Shown: positions 1 through 12,406 of the stretch, in pieces
Numbering within the stretch: position 1 is the stretch's first letter
Layout of the letters: each line of letters starts with the position of its first letter
NCBI GenBank assembly: GCA_010356995.1
Contig: ML996687.1
Coordinates: 1,923,803 to 1,987,802 of the forward strand
Source: Trichodelitschia bisporula
Taxonomy: Eukaryota
Direction of reading: 5' to 3'
Length of the DNA: 64,000 nucleotides
Translations under genes and position numbers: made by a program
Notes under the pieces: model-generated
What the model saw: the letters and a program-made list of their open reading frames with translations, nothing else
Told to the model about the DNA's origin: nothing
Databases searched by the model: none

Positions 1-1591
1 TGTATCCGGAATCGGTGATGTCCATCGGATCGCCGAAGTCCTGGCTCATTGTTTTGCTCAAATGCTCAATGGAAGGGTCGATTGCACCCGCACCCTGATT
101 GGCACTGTTTTCATCTTCAGGAGGCGTGACAATAACCTTGATGTGCGACGCCGCGGGTGCCGTGACCATGGCTTCAACTTTCACATCACCAGCCCCAGCC
201 GAGAAGGTGAAGGGTTTGGTAGAAGCAGAAGCAGTCTTAGCGGACTCAATGTTGAAGGTGAACCGCGGCGTCTCTCCGGCACCGGTGTCCATCCTGTCTT
301 CTCCGAACGAGAAAGACGTCTTGCGCACTGGCTGTACATCCGGCATGAATTTGAACGCGGAAGGGTCGGCCGCCTCGATCTCCGTGCGCTTCTGGCGCTT
401 CACGTAGCGCTCGATCGTAGCTACGAGAGGCATCATCTGATCGAAGTCCTCCGTGTCATCGGCTGGGCGAATGCGAACTGGGGAGCGCAGTCTAGGGCGG
501 GCTTCCTCTCCGTCGCCATCATCGGTAGGAATATCGAGATCAAACTTGACGTGCTTCCTAGGTGGGCTGCGCATACGCTTCTTAGAGCGATTCTCTGCAA
601 TGCCCCGAGCGAACCGGACAGTCTTTGGCGGTGGCTTGACAATGAGCGCAGCCTGTTCGGCGCGTTCAGCAGGGCGATGCCGGACATGCTCGGGCACATC
701 CTGACGCATGGCAGCGCGGCGCTGCGCGCGTGTCAGAGAAGGCGAATCCATGATGCTGTTTGGCGTAAGAGATGATTGCTCAGAATAGGAGATGTGAGAG
801 GAGGAATGAGAGCGACTGTTGTGGACAGGAGTGCACAATAGGCGTTGTGCGTGAGGGGGTGGGAGAGGCGTGTAGATGGAAGATGTGGAAGATGTTGGCA
901 GAGAGTTGGAGAGTGGATGCTCCTTTAAAGGCGGCCTCGCTCCCAAGAGTTCATCGCAGAATAACTGCCGAGCACGGGCCCTCTTGTTTTTCCTCTTCCT
1001 CTTCTTCTTGGAGATTCCATGCTTCGCGGCGGCAGAAGGACGCGAAGCCTCCGTCCTGCGCTTGGCTTCACGTCCCATCACACCCTCACCACCCTCCTCC
1101 CCGCCCATCTCACGCCTCCGCCCACCCTCACCTCCCTCCTCTTTAACCAACCCATCTCCTCTAACCCAACCCCCCCTCATCCGCCCTCTAAGAACCCTCA
1201 CAATCTTCTCCCCCAGCACCCCACCCCCCTCATACCCCGCCAACACCCTTCCCAACTCCCCCCCCTCCATACTCTCCACCACCGCCCTCACCTCCCACCG
1301 CCTCCCCTCCCACCCCCAGCTACTAACCCGGCTCAACTCGCCCGCCGTGAAGAGCTGCTCCCGCGCCCGCATTGCTAGACTCGTTTCATCCCATGCTTGT
1401 CGCGGGGGGAGATGGGCGAGCCAGGGCCGGAGCAGCGTAGCTTGGTCAGCGGGGAAGAGGGAATGGAGGTGCGCGAGGAGACTGGCGGGGGATATGCCGC
1501 GGGCGGAGAAGTCGTGGAAGTCGTGCAGTGAGTGGAGGAGGGGTTGGTCGAAGACGATGTCCGGGGGGGGCCAGGAGGGCGGAGGAGCCAT
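1..1591 (-). CDS. Hypothetical protein, 3'-partial (>=530 aa; runs off window start)
   Basis: Manual translation gives an uninterrupted minus-strand frame from ATG 1591 (MAPPPSWPPPDIVFDQPLL...) through an in-frame ATG at 751 to the window edge. It is absent from the ORF track because no stop is reached. Contains a basic KKKRKRKNKR stretch. No family recognised. Confidence 0.55.
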   Translation of the reverse strand, partial: MAPPPSWPPPDIVFDQPLLHSLHDFHDFSARGISPASLLAHLHSLFPADQATLLRPWLAHLPPRQAWDETSLAMRAREQLFTAGELSRVSSWGWEGRRWEVRAVVESMEGGELGRVLAGYEGGGVLGEKIVRVLRGRMRGGWVRGDGLVKEEGGEGGRRREMGGEEGGEGVMGREAKRRTEASRPSAAAKHGISKKKRKRKNKRARARQLFCDELLGARPPLKEHPLSNSLPTSSTSSIYTPLPPPHAQRLLCTPVHNSRSHSSSHISYSEQSSLTPNSIMDSPSLTRAQRRAAMRQDVPEHVRHRPAERAEQAALIVKPPPKTVRFARGIAENRSKKRMRSPPRKHVKFDLDIPTDDGDGEEARPRLRSPVRIRPADDTEDFDQMMPLVATIERYVKRQKRTEIEAADPSAFKFMPDVQPVRKTSFSFGEDRMDTGAGETPRFTFNIESAKTASASTKPFTFSAGAGDVKVEAMVTAPAASHIKVIVTPPEDENSANQGAGAIDPSIEHLSKTMSQDFGDPMDITDSGY

Positions 1592-2300
1592 GGGACGAGA
1601 ACAACACAGCCGCGTGGCTCATATATCGATCGATGCTAGATAAGCCGAAAGCCGTCCAGTACCGGAAGAGTCGCTTGATGCCGTTTTCCGGCACAATTGG
1701 CCCTGGAACCAGGTGAGCGTTTGCTAACAGATACGCCGGGAATATTGAACTAAAATGTCGTTCATGTCGTTCATACTTACGACTTCATGGCGGTAAATGG
1801 CTGCTTGGACTGTCGTCCCCGTTGCCCCGCAGTATTTGGGCCATGACGGCCGAGATGTGACGTCGTCCTTACCGTGCCGAGAAGTTGCGGTTCGCTGGAC
1901 TGATGTTGCGCCCCTTGGTCCGAGCGTTGGCTTAACGGGAGCGCCCGCTGGGCTGCAGTGGAGATCCCGTGAGAAGAGTTATATTTAGATGGCATGAAAT
2001 CTGTTTTTGAGCTGCTGAAGTTAGAGTATATAATGTTAGAATATGGTTTGAAAGAATTGGCTAGACAGCGAGCATGTGGATTTATGGCTTTCAGCGTATA
2101 GCCAGCTACGGGTACACACAAACGCAGCAAATAGTCATTCACAGGAGCAATACAGCACAGAGTGTCATATTAGTGGGCACAGATTGATTTGACATTTGGG
2201 AAAAGGCTACCAAATGCTAAGCCACACGCCTCTCATAATGCGTCACTCGTTTGAGGATCTACCGTTACTCCATCTGTCCAGACACAGAACCCCGAGATCC

Positions 2301-3315
2301 TCACATGAAGTCGTCCCTAACTCTGTTAATAATGCCCACACACACATACGTTAAGAGGAGACTCACTCTTCCAGTCCATCATCGTACGCAGCAGTGTCAG
2401 CCTTGTACGAAATGTCCCGGGAGGCGTTGAGCGTGACCTTGGCCTTGGCTTTCTTCTTGCCGCCCTTTTCCGCTGTCTTCTCTTCCTTCAACTTCTCGTT
2501 AGACAGCGTGGTGAGCCCGGACGCAATCTTCTTGACATCTTGACTGGACAGGTCCTTGCAGATCTGCTTCGTGAACTCCTGCATGAAAATGACGTAATGG
2601 GGATGGCTGTAGTTTGCGCCGATGAGGGGCACCAGAGTCTCACGCAGCTTGGCAAGACCTTCCTTCCCCTTCGGGTTGAAAACCGACAGTGCCGAGAGAT
2701 CTATGTGCTGTGACGGGTCGGAAGGATCGGCAACCGTGACGTGCTTGCCGGTGGCGCGAGCTTTGGAGACGGCCAGACCGCCAAAGAGATCTTCGGCGTG
2801 CTTCAGGTCAGTCTCCTTCTCCACTGCGCGCAGGCGAGCCCGCTTCTCGGCCTCGTCCTCCTCTTCATCGCTGCTCTCCTCCTCCTCCTCTTCTTGACGC
2901 TTCCGCAGCTTCGCCTGTCTCAGCTCCTCTATCCGCTGCGACTTCGTCTTGTGTGCCGCCTTCGCAGCAGCTTCTGCCTTCGCCTTCGCCTCCTCAGCCT
3001 TCTTCGCCTTCTCGCGCTCGACTTCGGAGTCCTCGGCGGCGTCCCACGACTCTAGGACCTAGGTGAGGCTTAGTGTTTGCTAGCTGCGGGGTAGGGGTGG
3101 TGCACACATCTTCATCTTCCTCATCGTCAAACTTTTTACGAGCGGCGACGACTGGGCCCGGAGCAGATTCATCGGAGCTGGTTTCGTCAGACGACTCTTC
3201 GTCTTCTACAAGAGAGCAAAACGGTTAGCATAAAACATCAGACAAGAGCGCATGCGTGCCGTGGCTGCAGGCGGCGATCTGCAGGTGACGCACCCCACTT
3301 CTTCGGCGGCGGCAT
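2301..3315 (-). CDS. HCR1: Eukaryotic translation initiation factor 3 subunit J
   Basis: Spliced model MPPPKKW..KFDDEE..LESWDA..E/K-rich coil..DLKHAEDLFG..VKKIASGLTTLSNEKLKEEK..DDFM*. The acidic N-terminus with the WD motif and the C-terminal DDFM are eIF3j hallmarks. Three GT-AG introns. Confidence 0.92.
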
Positions 3316-4201
3316 GGTGGTTGCTGGCTTTCTTTTTGCAGGAACGGTGGGCAGACAAAGGCTGGTGGGGTCGCTGTAGTTCTAGACGTGATGAGCGCGT
3401 TCTAGAAGTACGCTGCGTGAAAAGTGATGTCGATGGTGGGGTTGAAGGAGGGGGAGAGGGTTTGGTTTTGGGCTTGTTGGTGGGTGCCGAGGGCGGCGAA
3501 CGTGGGGCACAAGTTTTGTAGGGCCTGTCAACTGGGCCCTGCCTTGGTGAATGAGAGGATGTCCCGATCAGAACACACAACTGCAACAGATCACGGAGAT
3601 TGAGTATGCTTCTCAATGTATCCAGTATACAGAGAAGATGACGTAGCATTTGAGTTGGATATGTTAGTTTGCCAACAAGGAATCGCCAATACAAGCGACT
3701 TCAATGCTTCTTTCTACCGTGGTAACAGTCAGAAAGTCGTCCCGACTACGGCTGCACGCAAGTACCCTCACTCTTGGCACAAAGCACAGACCAAGACGCG
3801 CTCTCTCTCGGCAGTTAGTTTGTCACAAATTATCGCGCGGTTGCTGCCTGCAGTGCGCCACTGCGGACAAAAGTCATTGCCAGAAAGTCGCCAAGTCATC
3901 TCCCAACGTTGCCCTGCGGCCCGGCCTGAAGCGGACGACCTGTTGCTTCCACCCAAACTTCCACATCTCCAAAGCTCCTCCCCTTAACCCTTGAATCCAC
4001 ACAAACCTCCCCCCATCATCACCCGCAACCACTTTGTCTTCTTCCCGCATTGGAATCTTCTCCAATTTGTCGATTTAACGTCGGGTTTTCAGCTTACATT
4101 TGTCTTCTACGCGTCTGCTGAGAGTCCATCCCTAATTCTCTCCGCTCGCATCTCCTGGCGAAGTGCATGAAGTCAACGTGGTCTTCCACGCAGTCGTCGC
4201 A

Positions 4202-7200
4202 ATGGCACAACTCCCCATAAGCTTCACGGAGCTCTTGCAGGTGCGTCGCCCAGGCTTGATGAATGTTGCCTCTTGCTAATCTGATTTCTGCAGCTGCCGC
4301 AGTTTGATATTCAGGTAGACCGCGCCTTCTTCGCGAATTCCGTAACGTTTGGTCCTCTTTACTCACCACAGGATGAACAGTCCCAGTCCATAGGATTCAA
4401 CAGTTGCGTAAGTCTTTCTCTGCCAGCTTTGGTCGTTCGCTCTGACACATGGCAGACACTGGAGTCCGATCACTACATCTGCATCCGTCAACAAAATGAA
4501 ACGACGAACCAGGCCGAGGTCATCATCATTGATCTCAAGAACAACAATACGGTTGTGCGGCGTCCCATCAAGGCAGACAGCGCCATCCTGCACTGGAATC
4601 GCCAAATCATTGCCTTGAAAGCGCAGCAGCGCACGCTCCAGATCTTCGATCTCGCTGGGAAGGCTAAACTCAAGTCGGCCAGCATGAACGAGGATGTGGT
4701 GTACTGGAAGTGGTTCAGCGAGACGTCGATAGGGTTGATCACAGAGACAGCAGTGTACCACTGGGACATCTTCGATCCAACGGCAGCGAGCCCGTCCAAG
4801 GCGTTTGAGCGCAATAACAATCTCGAGGTAGATCGGAGTGCGGCCCCCCCCTTGTGGTGCAGTTGCTAAACAATACATAGGGGATGCAAATCATCAACTA
4901 CCGCGTCAGCGATGATGGTAGCTGGATGTGCGTCATCGGCATCGGTCAGCAGCAGGGCCGCGTGGCCGGCTCAATGCAGCTCTACTCCAAGGCGCGTGGC
5001 GTCAGCCAGGCCATCGAGGGACACGCGGCGGCCTTTGGGACGATCCGCCTCGAAGGCGCGACTATGGACACGAAGCTTTTCACGTTTGCCGTGCGGACTA
5101 CAACCGGCGCTAAGCTTCACGTCGTCGAGATCGACCATCAGCCGGGCAACGTGCAGTTTGTGAAGAAGAACGTCGATGTGTACTTCCCTCCGGAGGCACC
5201 AAATGACTTCCCCGTCTCGATGCAGATTTCGGCCAAGTACAGCGTCATATTCCTCGTGACCAAGTACGGCTTCATTCACCTGTACGATCTGGAGACGGGC
5301 ACCTGCATCTACATGAACCGCATCTCCAGCGACACCATCTTCGTAACGGCGCCGGACTCGGAGTCGACTGGCATCCTCGGCATCAACCGCAAGGGTCAAG
5401 TCCTGCATGTCGCTGTCAATGAGACCGCCATTGTCCCCTATCTCCTGCAGAGCCCCGCGAACGGCGAGCTGGCGTATAAGCTGGCGTCGCGTGCCGGTCT
5501 GCCCGGTGCCGAGAACCTGTACCAGCAGCGTTTCGACAGCCTCATCCACTCGCACCAGTACGTCGATGCTGCGCGTGTGGCCGCCAACTCTCCGCGGGGA
5601 TTTCTCCGGACGCCTAAGACGATCGAGATGTTCAAGCAGCTGCCCGCCCAGCCCGGCCAACTGTCCCTCATTCTGCAGTACTTCGGTATGCTTTTGGACA
5701 AGGGCACGCTCAACAAGGTCGAGTCCATTGAGCTTGTGCGCCCGGTGCTTGGCCAGGGCCGTAAGCATTTGCTCGAGAAGTGGATGTCCGAAAACAAGCT
5801 GGAGGCCTCGGAGGAACTGGGCGACATTGTGCGTCCGTACGATCTGAAGCTGGCGCTCACCATCTACATCAACGGCAATTGCCCGCAGAAGGTCGTGGCG
5901 GCGCTAGCCGAGCTCGGCGAGTTCGACCAGATCCTGCCGTACGTGCAGCGGGTCGGCTACACGCCCGACTTCACTGTCCTGCTGCAGCACATTGCGCGTG
6001 TCAACCCGGAAAAGGCTGCCGAGCTGGCGACTGCTCTGGCAAAGGACCCGTCTGGATCGCTCATCGACTTCAACCGCGTTGTCGACATCTTCCAGTCTCT
6101 GGGCATGGTGCAGCAGGCGACCGCCTTCCTGCTTGATGTACTTGCGGGCAACCGGGAGGACCAGGGCGATCTGCAGACTCGCCTCCTTGAGATGAACCTC
6201 ATGCACGCGCCCCAGGTCGCCGACGCCATCTTCGGCAACGAGATGTTCTCGCACTACGACAAGAAGAAGATTGCGGCTCTCTGTGAGCAGGCTGGTCTCT
6301 ACACGCGCGCTCTCGAGCACAATGACGATCCTGCGACGATCAAGCGCATCATCGTCCACACTGACAAGTTCACCGAAGAGTGGCTCGTCAACTACTTTGG
6401 CGCCCTGACCGTCGATCTCTCGTTTGAGTGCCTCGACGAGATGCTCAAGACCAACATCCGCCAGAACTTGCAGATCGTGATTCGGATCGCGCAAAAGTAC
6501 TCTGACCTGCTTGGCCCGCTTCGCATCATCAGCCTGCTCGAGAAATATCGCACTGCCGAAGGCCTTTACTTCTACCTGGGCAGCATCGTCAACGTTAGCG
6601 AGGACAAGGACGTGACGTTCAAGTACATCGAGGCTGCCACCCGCATGGGCCAGCTGACGGAGGTCGAGCGCGTGTGTCGCGAGAGCAACTTCTACGACCC
6701 CGAGAAGGTCAAGAACTTCCTCAAGGAGGCGCAGCTCTCTGAGCAGCTGCCGCTCATCATCGTCTGCGACCGCCACAACTTTGTGCATGACTTGATTCTG
6801 TACCTGTACAAGAACCAACAGTTCCAGTCGATTGAAATCTACGTGCAGCGCATCAATCCCGGCCGCACGCCCGCGGTCATTGCCGGCCTGCTGGACGTGG
6901 ACTGCGACGAAAAGATCATCCGCGATCTGCTGGCGTCAGTCAGTCCCGTCTCCGTGCCGATCGATGAACTCGTCGCCGAAGTTGAGTCGCGCAATCGCCT
7001 CAAGCTGTTGTTGCCGTTCTTAGAGGCCACGGCCCAGACTGGCCAGCAGCAGCAGGCGGTCTACAACGCTCTTGCGAAGATCTACATCGATAGCAACAAT
7101 GACCCGGAGAAGTTCCTCACGGCCAACGATTCCTATGATACGCTCATCGTTGGCAAATACTGCGAGAAGCGTGACCCAGGTCTTGCCTACATTGCCTACC

Positions 7201-9559
7201 GCAAGGGCGGAAACGACCTTGAGCTGATCGAGGTGACGAACGAGAACAATATGTTCAAGGCCCAGGCGCGCTACGTCCTCGAGCGCGCTGACTCTGGCTT
7301 GTGGGAGTTTGTGCTTGCCGACAGCAACCTCCACCGCCGCTCGCTTATCGACGCGGTCATCGCGAACGCCGTTCCGGAGTCGACGAGCCCGGAGCATGTA
7401 TCGGTTGCCGTCAAGGCCTTTGTCGACCAGGATCTGCCGGCTGAGTTGATCGAGATGCTCGAGAAGATCATTCTTGAGCCGTCGCCGTTCAGCGACAACA
7501 TGACGCTGCAGAACTTGCTGATGCTCACCGCAGCCAAGGCTGATAAGGGTCGTGTGATGGGATACATCCACCAGCTCAGCGGATACGATCCCGAAGACAT
7601 TGCTGCCGCATGCATTGAGCTTGGCATGTACGACGAGGCATTTGAGATCTTCAAGAAGGAGAACAACCACCTTGCCGCGGCTTCCGTTCTCGTCGACCAT
7701 ATTGTCAGCATCGATCGCGCCCAGGAGTATGCTGATCGCGTCGACCTGCCCGAGGTGTGGAGCAAGGTGGCTAAGGCCCAGCTCGACGGTCTGCGCGTTT
7801 CGGATTCGATTGACTCCTACTTGCGTGCCGGGGATCCGTCCAACTTTGCGGAAGTCGTCGAGATTGCCACGAGCGCCGGCAAAGATGAAGAGCTTGTCAA
7901 GTACCTCCGCATGGCTCGCAAGACGCTTCGGGAGCCGGCCGTCGACACTGCGCTCGCATTCAGCTTTGCGCGTCTGGACCAGCTCCCCGAACTCGAGGAG
8001 TTCCTGCGGTCGCCCAACGTGGCCGATGTCGAGGCGTCCGGTGACAAAGCGTACAAGGAGGGCTACCATGAGGCGGCCAAGATCTTCTACACGAGCATCT
8101 CCAATTGGGCTAAGCTGGCTACGACGCTGGTGCATCTCAACGAGTACCAGGCCGCTGTTGAGTGCGCGCGCAAGGCGAGCAACATCAAGGTGTGGAAGCA
8201 GGTTCACGAGGCGTGTGTGGAAAAGAAGGAGTTTAGGCTCGCGCAGATCTGCGGTCTGAACTTGATCGTCCACGCCGAGGAGCTGCAGTCTCTCGTGCGC
8301 AAGTATGAGTACAACGGCTACTTCGATGAGCTCATCTCGCTGCTCGAGGCAGGTCTTGGACTTGAGCGTGCGCATATGGGCATGTTCACGGAGCTCGGTA
8401 TCGCGCTGTCTAAGTACCACCCCGAGCGTGTGCACGAGCACCTCAAGCTGTTCTGGACGCGCATCAACATCCCGAAGATGATCACGGCGTGCACGGAGGC
8501 CCATCTGTGGCCCGAGCTGATCTTCCTGTACGCGCACTATGACGAGTGGGACAATGCCGCCCTGGCGATGATGGAGCGCTCCTCGGACGCGTGGGAGCAC
8601 CACTCGTTCAAGGACACGATCGTCAAGGTTGCCAACTTGGAAATCTACTACCGCGCTCTCACATTCTACCGCTCGGAGCACCCGACGCTGCTGACGGACC
8701 TGCTGGCGGCGCTGACGCCGCGCATTGATGTCAACCGCGTGGTGTCCATCTTCCAGAAGTCCGACGATATTCCGCTGATCAAGACCTTCCTCATTAGCGT
8801 GCAGCACCAGAACAAGCGCGCTGTCAACCAGGCCATCCACGATATCCTGATTGAGGAGGAGGACTACAAGACGCTGCGTGACTCGGTCGAGGCGTACGAC
8901 AACTACGATGCGCCGGAGCTGGCGCAGCGCCTTGAGCGTCATCACCTTGTCTTCTTCCGCCAGATTGCGGCTAACATCTGGCGCAAGAACAAGCGCTGGC
9001 AGAAGAGCATTGAGTTGAGCAAGCAAGACAAGCTGTACAAGGATGCTATTGAGACGGCTGCGATTTCGGGCAAGCAGGAGATTGTGGAGGAGCTGCTCCG
9101 CTACGTAAGTGTTGTACTAGTTCAGCGTAAACCTCAAGCTAACACTTATTCTAGTTTGTCGATATCGGCTCGCGCGAGTGCTACGTCGGCATGCTGTACA
9201 GCTGCTACGATCTTATCCGCCCTGACGTTGTTCTCGAGGTGTCTTGGCGCAACGGGCTGCAGGACTTCACGATGGTACGTTCCTCCAGATGCTTACCAAA
9301 ATCCCCAACTAAGACTTTGCAGCCCTTCATGATCAATATGCTCGCGGAGCAATTCTCCACCATTGCCACGCTGAAGAAGGACAACGAGGAGCGCAAGGCG
9401 CGCGAGGCCACGCAGCAGAAGGAAGACGACAACACGCCCATCCTCGGCGGGTCGCGCCTCATGCTCACGCAGGGCCCTGTTCCTATGTCCGGCTCGCCAA
9501 CCCCGTATGCTCAGGCCAATGGGATCGCGCCGCAGGCGACTGGTTTCCGGGGGTTTTAG
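4202..9559 (+). CDS. CHC1: Clathrin heavy chain
   Basis: MAQLPISFTELLQ start, TLESDHYICIRQ, RRPIKADSAI, QAIEGHAAAF, DFPVSMQ, LERAHMGMFTEL. 1482-aa central ORF plus short 5' exons and two 3' introns; stop at 9557-9559. Confidence 0.98.
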
Positions 9560-10104
9560 ATGCTGAGCGGTAGGTAGGGGTGGGTGGTTGGTGTGTTCCT
9601 GGGGGCGGTGTGTTCCTGTGGGGCGTACCTTGACTGTGGCTCCTGTCTGTGGTTGCTTGAATGAGGTTGACGTTAAGGCTTGTAAGCGTGGTGCATGGTG
9701 ATGGTGATGCACATGTAATGGCGAGTGTGAGCGTGTTACTGTTGTTGCTGTTATTGTGGTCATCGTAGCCTACGGGCGGGTGCATGCGTAAGTGAAGTTT
9801 GATATTGAGAGTGTGTTTGGTACGTAAAACTGGGTGATGGGGGGGGCGTGCATGTGTGTGCTGTTTTTATGTGTATAGTAGTCACGGTGGATAGGGATGT
9901 ATGGTTCGTGGGTGTCTTTTTTTGGTGATGATGTTTGTGGTTTGCGTGATGAGAGGATGCGTATATGCGAGACAAGGCTGTGTATGCCAGCTCCCCGGTC
10001 CGTGAAGGTTCTACGCCTACATCTACGCCTATACCTACATGTTACATACACCATGACGGCTCCTCCGAACATGCATCTACATCTACATGCCCTACGATAT
10101 AGAC

Positions 10105-10295
10105 ATGGAAGGAGCATTGTTATGTCAGGAAGGAGCATACTACAGTAAGAGCTATGATGATGTAATGGGCGCATGATTGAAGGAAGGAGCAAAGGAGGGA
10201 TACTTGGCATCGTGTATTTGGGTCTTGAGAGTCTCCGCCTCTCTTCGTCTTCTACATTCAATCTTCAGTTTGCACAGTTTCCGTTGTACGCGTTA
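10105..10295 (-). repeat. Dispersed repeat family, copy A
   Basis: Reverse complement reads GAAGACGAAGAGAG..GAGACTCTCAAGA..AAATACACGATGCCAAGTATCCCTCCTTTGCTCCTTC..CATTACATCA, aligning with 16984-17118. Confidence 0.85.
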
Positions 10296-12081
10296 GAGCC
10301 TTTGCTCCCATCGCCTCTATGGCGTCTCCTTCGAGCACTGATCCAAAGAAGGCGCCTCATCATCGATCTACATGTAGGCATCTCCTTACCAACTCACATC
10401 AAACCTCAATACGCACCGCGTCGCCTCGGGAACGCATTGCATGCTCGCTGGGTCAGAATAAGCTCGGGACTCGGGACGGCTGCGAGGCATGCATACTCCG
10501 CTCTGCGGAGGGTAGGCTGAAGCCACCCGTCCGGGGATGCCCGAGGAGCGGGCGGGTCGGGATGAACCGGCGGAGCACATAGGGCCGGCTGGGTTTGGGC
10601 GTTTAATACTGTGTAAATGCCGGGTTGGGGTAATTTGGGTAGGTGCGGTTACGGACGGGGGATATCACGATGCTTGCCGCGGCTGTTGGGGACATTTTGG
10701 AGAGTTTTATAGGTTGTTGTTCCGCATCCATATCAGACTAGGATGGCGAAACCCGCACGTAGGCACGCGACTCTCCCCGCATTCCTTTCCTACCACGCGC
10801 CGGAACATCCAATGGCTAAGGACAGTACCGAGTCCGGGAAATGCGGGTTCCTGGAAGACGTGAGGCTGCGATACACGATGGGCGGGTGGGTTCTCCGGGT
10901 TTTCCCTAAGGCGTGCGGATGATCCCTGGGAGTCTGGACTGGACTGGGGACGGGAATGCAGGGGTGCTTGTCTTCGTGCCCATCCCGTGGGGTTTCTGGG
11001 GAATGGGGATCTAGTGAGGGGGAGATCGGGGGGGTTAGCGGTGACGAGTGGGTTGCCGTGAGATGCCAATGCTGGCGGATGGAGAAGCTGGAATTCAATT
11101 GATGATTTAGGGCGTCTAATTGAATGGGTTTGAGGAAGAGTTTCTAGGCAATGGGGTCGTTGCGCTTCCTTATCTCGAGTTTGTCACGGGAAGATGTGAT
11201 ATGCGTCTGGGGAAAGTGGGAGGTTGAGGCTGATCACTGACGGATCGGGGGCGCGTCATGCACGAGCCAAAGCGCGGTGAGGTGGGCGGCGCGCAGGTTC
11301 GTTTTTATGCCGCCGCGGCTTGAGCTGTTCTCGCCGCTGTTTGCGGAGGGCACCTGTTGCCGTGTTTCTTGACTTCGCGTTTACTGGAGTATTGCGAGGA
11401 TTGATAGATGGGTTGGCGGGCGGGCACGGGAATGTGTACATTGTAGATGGCATCGGAGGGGGTGGGGGAGGTGGTTAGTGGGATGTTGACGGGATTGGCG
11501 ATGGGATATCGGGAATGCCCCGCCCCCCTCCCCCCCTCGGCCGGTTGAGCGAGTGTTGAGAACATCACGTCTTTTTGTTCACCTTTTTCTCTGAGCGTCA
11601 ATTGCCAATTCTTTGCCCAGATACAGCACAAGAAGGCTAAGAGAAGGCAAGGCAAAGCAAGCAAAGAAAAAGGAGACAAACAATTTGTGTGCATAAAGGC
11701 AGAGGCAGTCGAAGAAGGAGCTCGCAAGTTGAACCCCTCATCCTCACCCCACCATCGCACACCACTACCGTGCTGTTCCCTGACGCCGTTCACGGTGACG
11801 CTGTACAGAGTACTCTGTTTTGCTCTCTCTCTGCTGTGTCCTATACTTCTGTCTGCTCAATTCCTCTATCCACCTCCCACCAATCGCTGTGTGGCACTCT
11901 GCCCTCCAAATCCCCCGCTTCCACTTCTCCGGTCCCGTCACCTTGTCGAAGCTCTTTTCCATCCATCCCCCCCNNNNNNNNNNNNNNNNNNNNNNNNNNN
12001 NNNNNNNNNNNNNNNNNNNCCCCCAAAACACCTTGAGAGTGAGCCCTTTCTCTTTCCTCCTACACATCGCCAAAGTCATCC

Positions 12082-12381
12082 GTGAGTTTCGCCCCCTTCA
12101 ATTGCTGTTGTCCACAAGACCCTGCGTGCTTTTCTGTCACCAGTCACCCCTCGCTCCGCCTCGAGCTTTGGGTCGATCGAAGGTGAAGCTGCATATCTGC
12201 GGGAACGCGACGTCAGCGCCTAAAACCCCACCCTCCCTTGCTGTCTGGTCCCTATATCGCGCTGCCCACAGTGTATATATTCCCTCCGTCCGCAAACCGC
12301 ACAAACTCTCCCCGCCTTTCTAACCACCGCAAGTCCCCGAACCACCCGTCACTGACCTTCCCACTCTTTGTCTTCCTGCAG
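12082..12381 (+). other. Probable 300-nt 5'-UTR intron of pyruvate carboxylase
   Basis: GTGAGT donor at 12082, ACTGAC branch at 12351, pyrimidine tract and CAG at 12381, 25 nt before the ATG. Confidence 0.7.
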
Positions 12382-12406
12382 GCCCTGTCAACCTCCGACC
12401 TCAGCC

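Noticed and set aside
10262..10366. Minus-strand ATGATGA...CTGA resembling a C/D snoRNA, and an overlapping small spliced ORF
   Set aside because: No rRNA-complementary guide recognised, the D-box end falls in dispersed repeat copy A, and the peptide looks random.
11256..11453. Possible small minus-strand ORF or 30-aa spliced peptide upstream of PYC1
   Set aside because: Weak splice signals, no branch consensus and no family resemblance.
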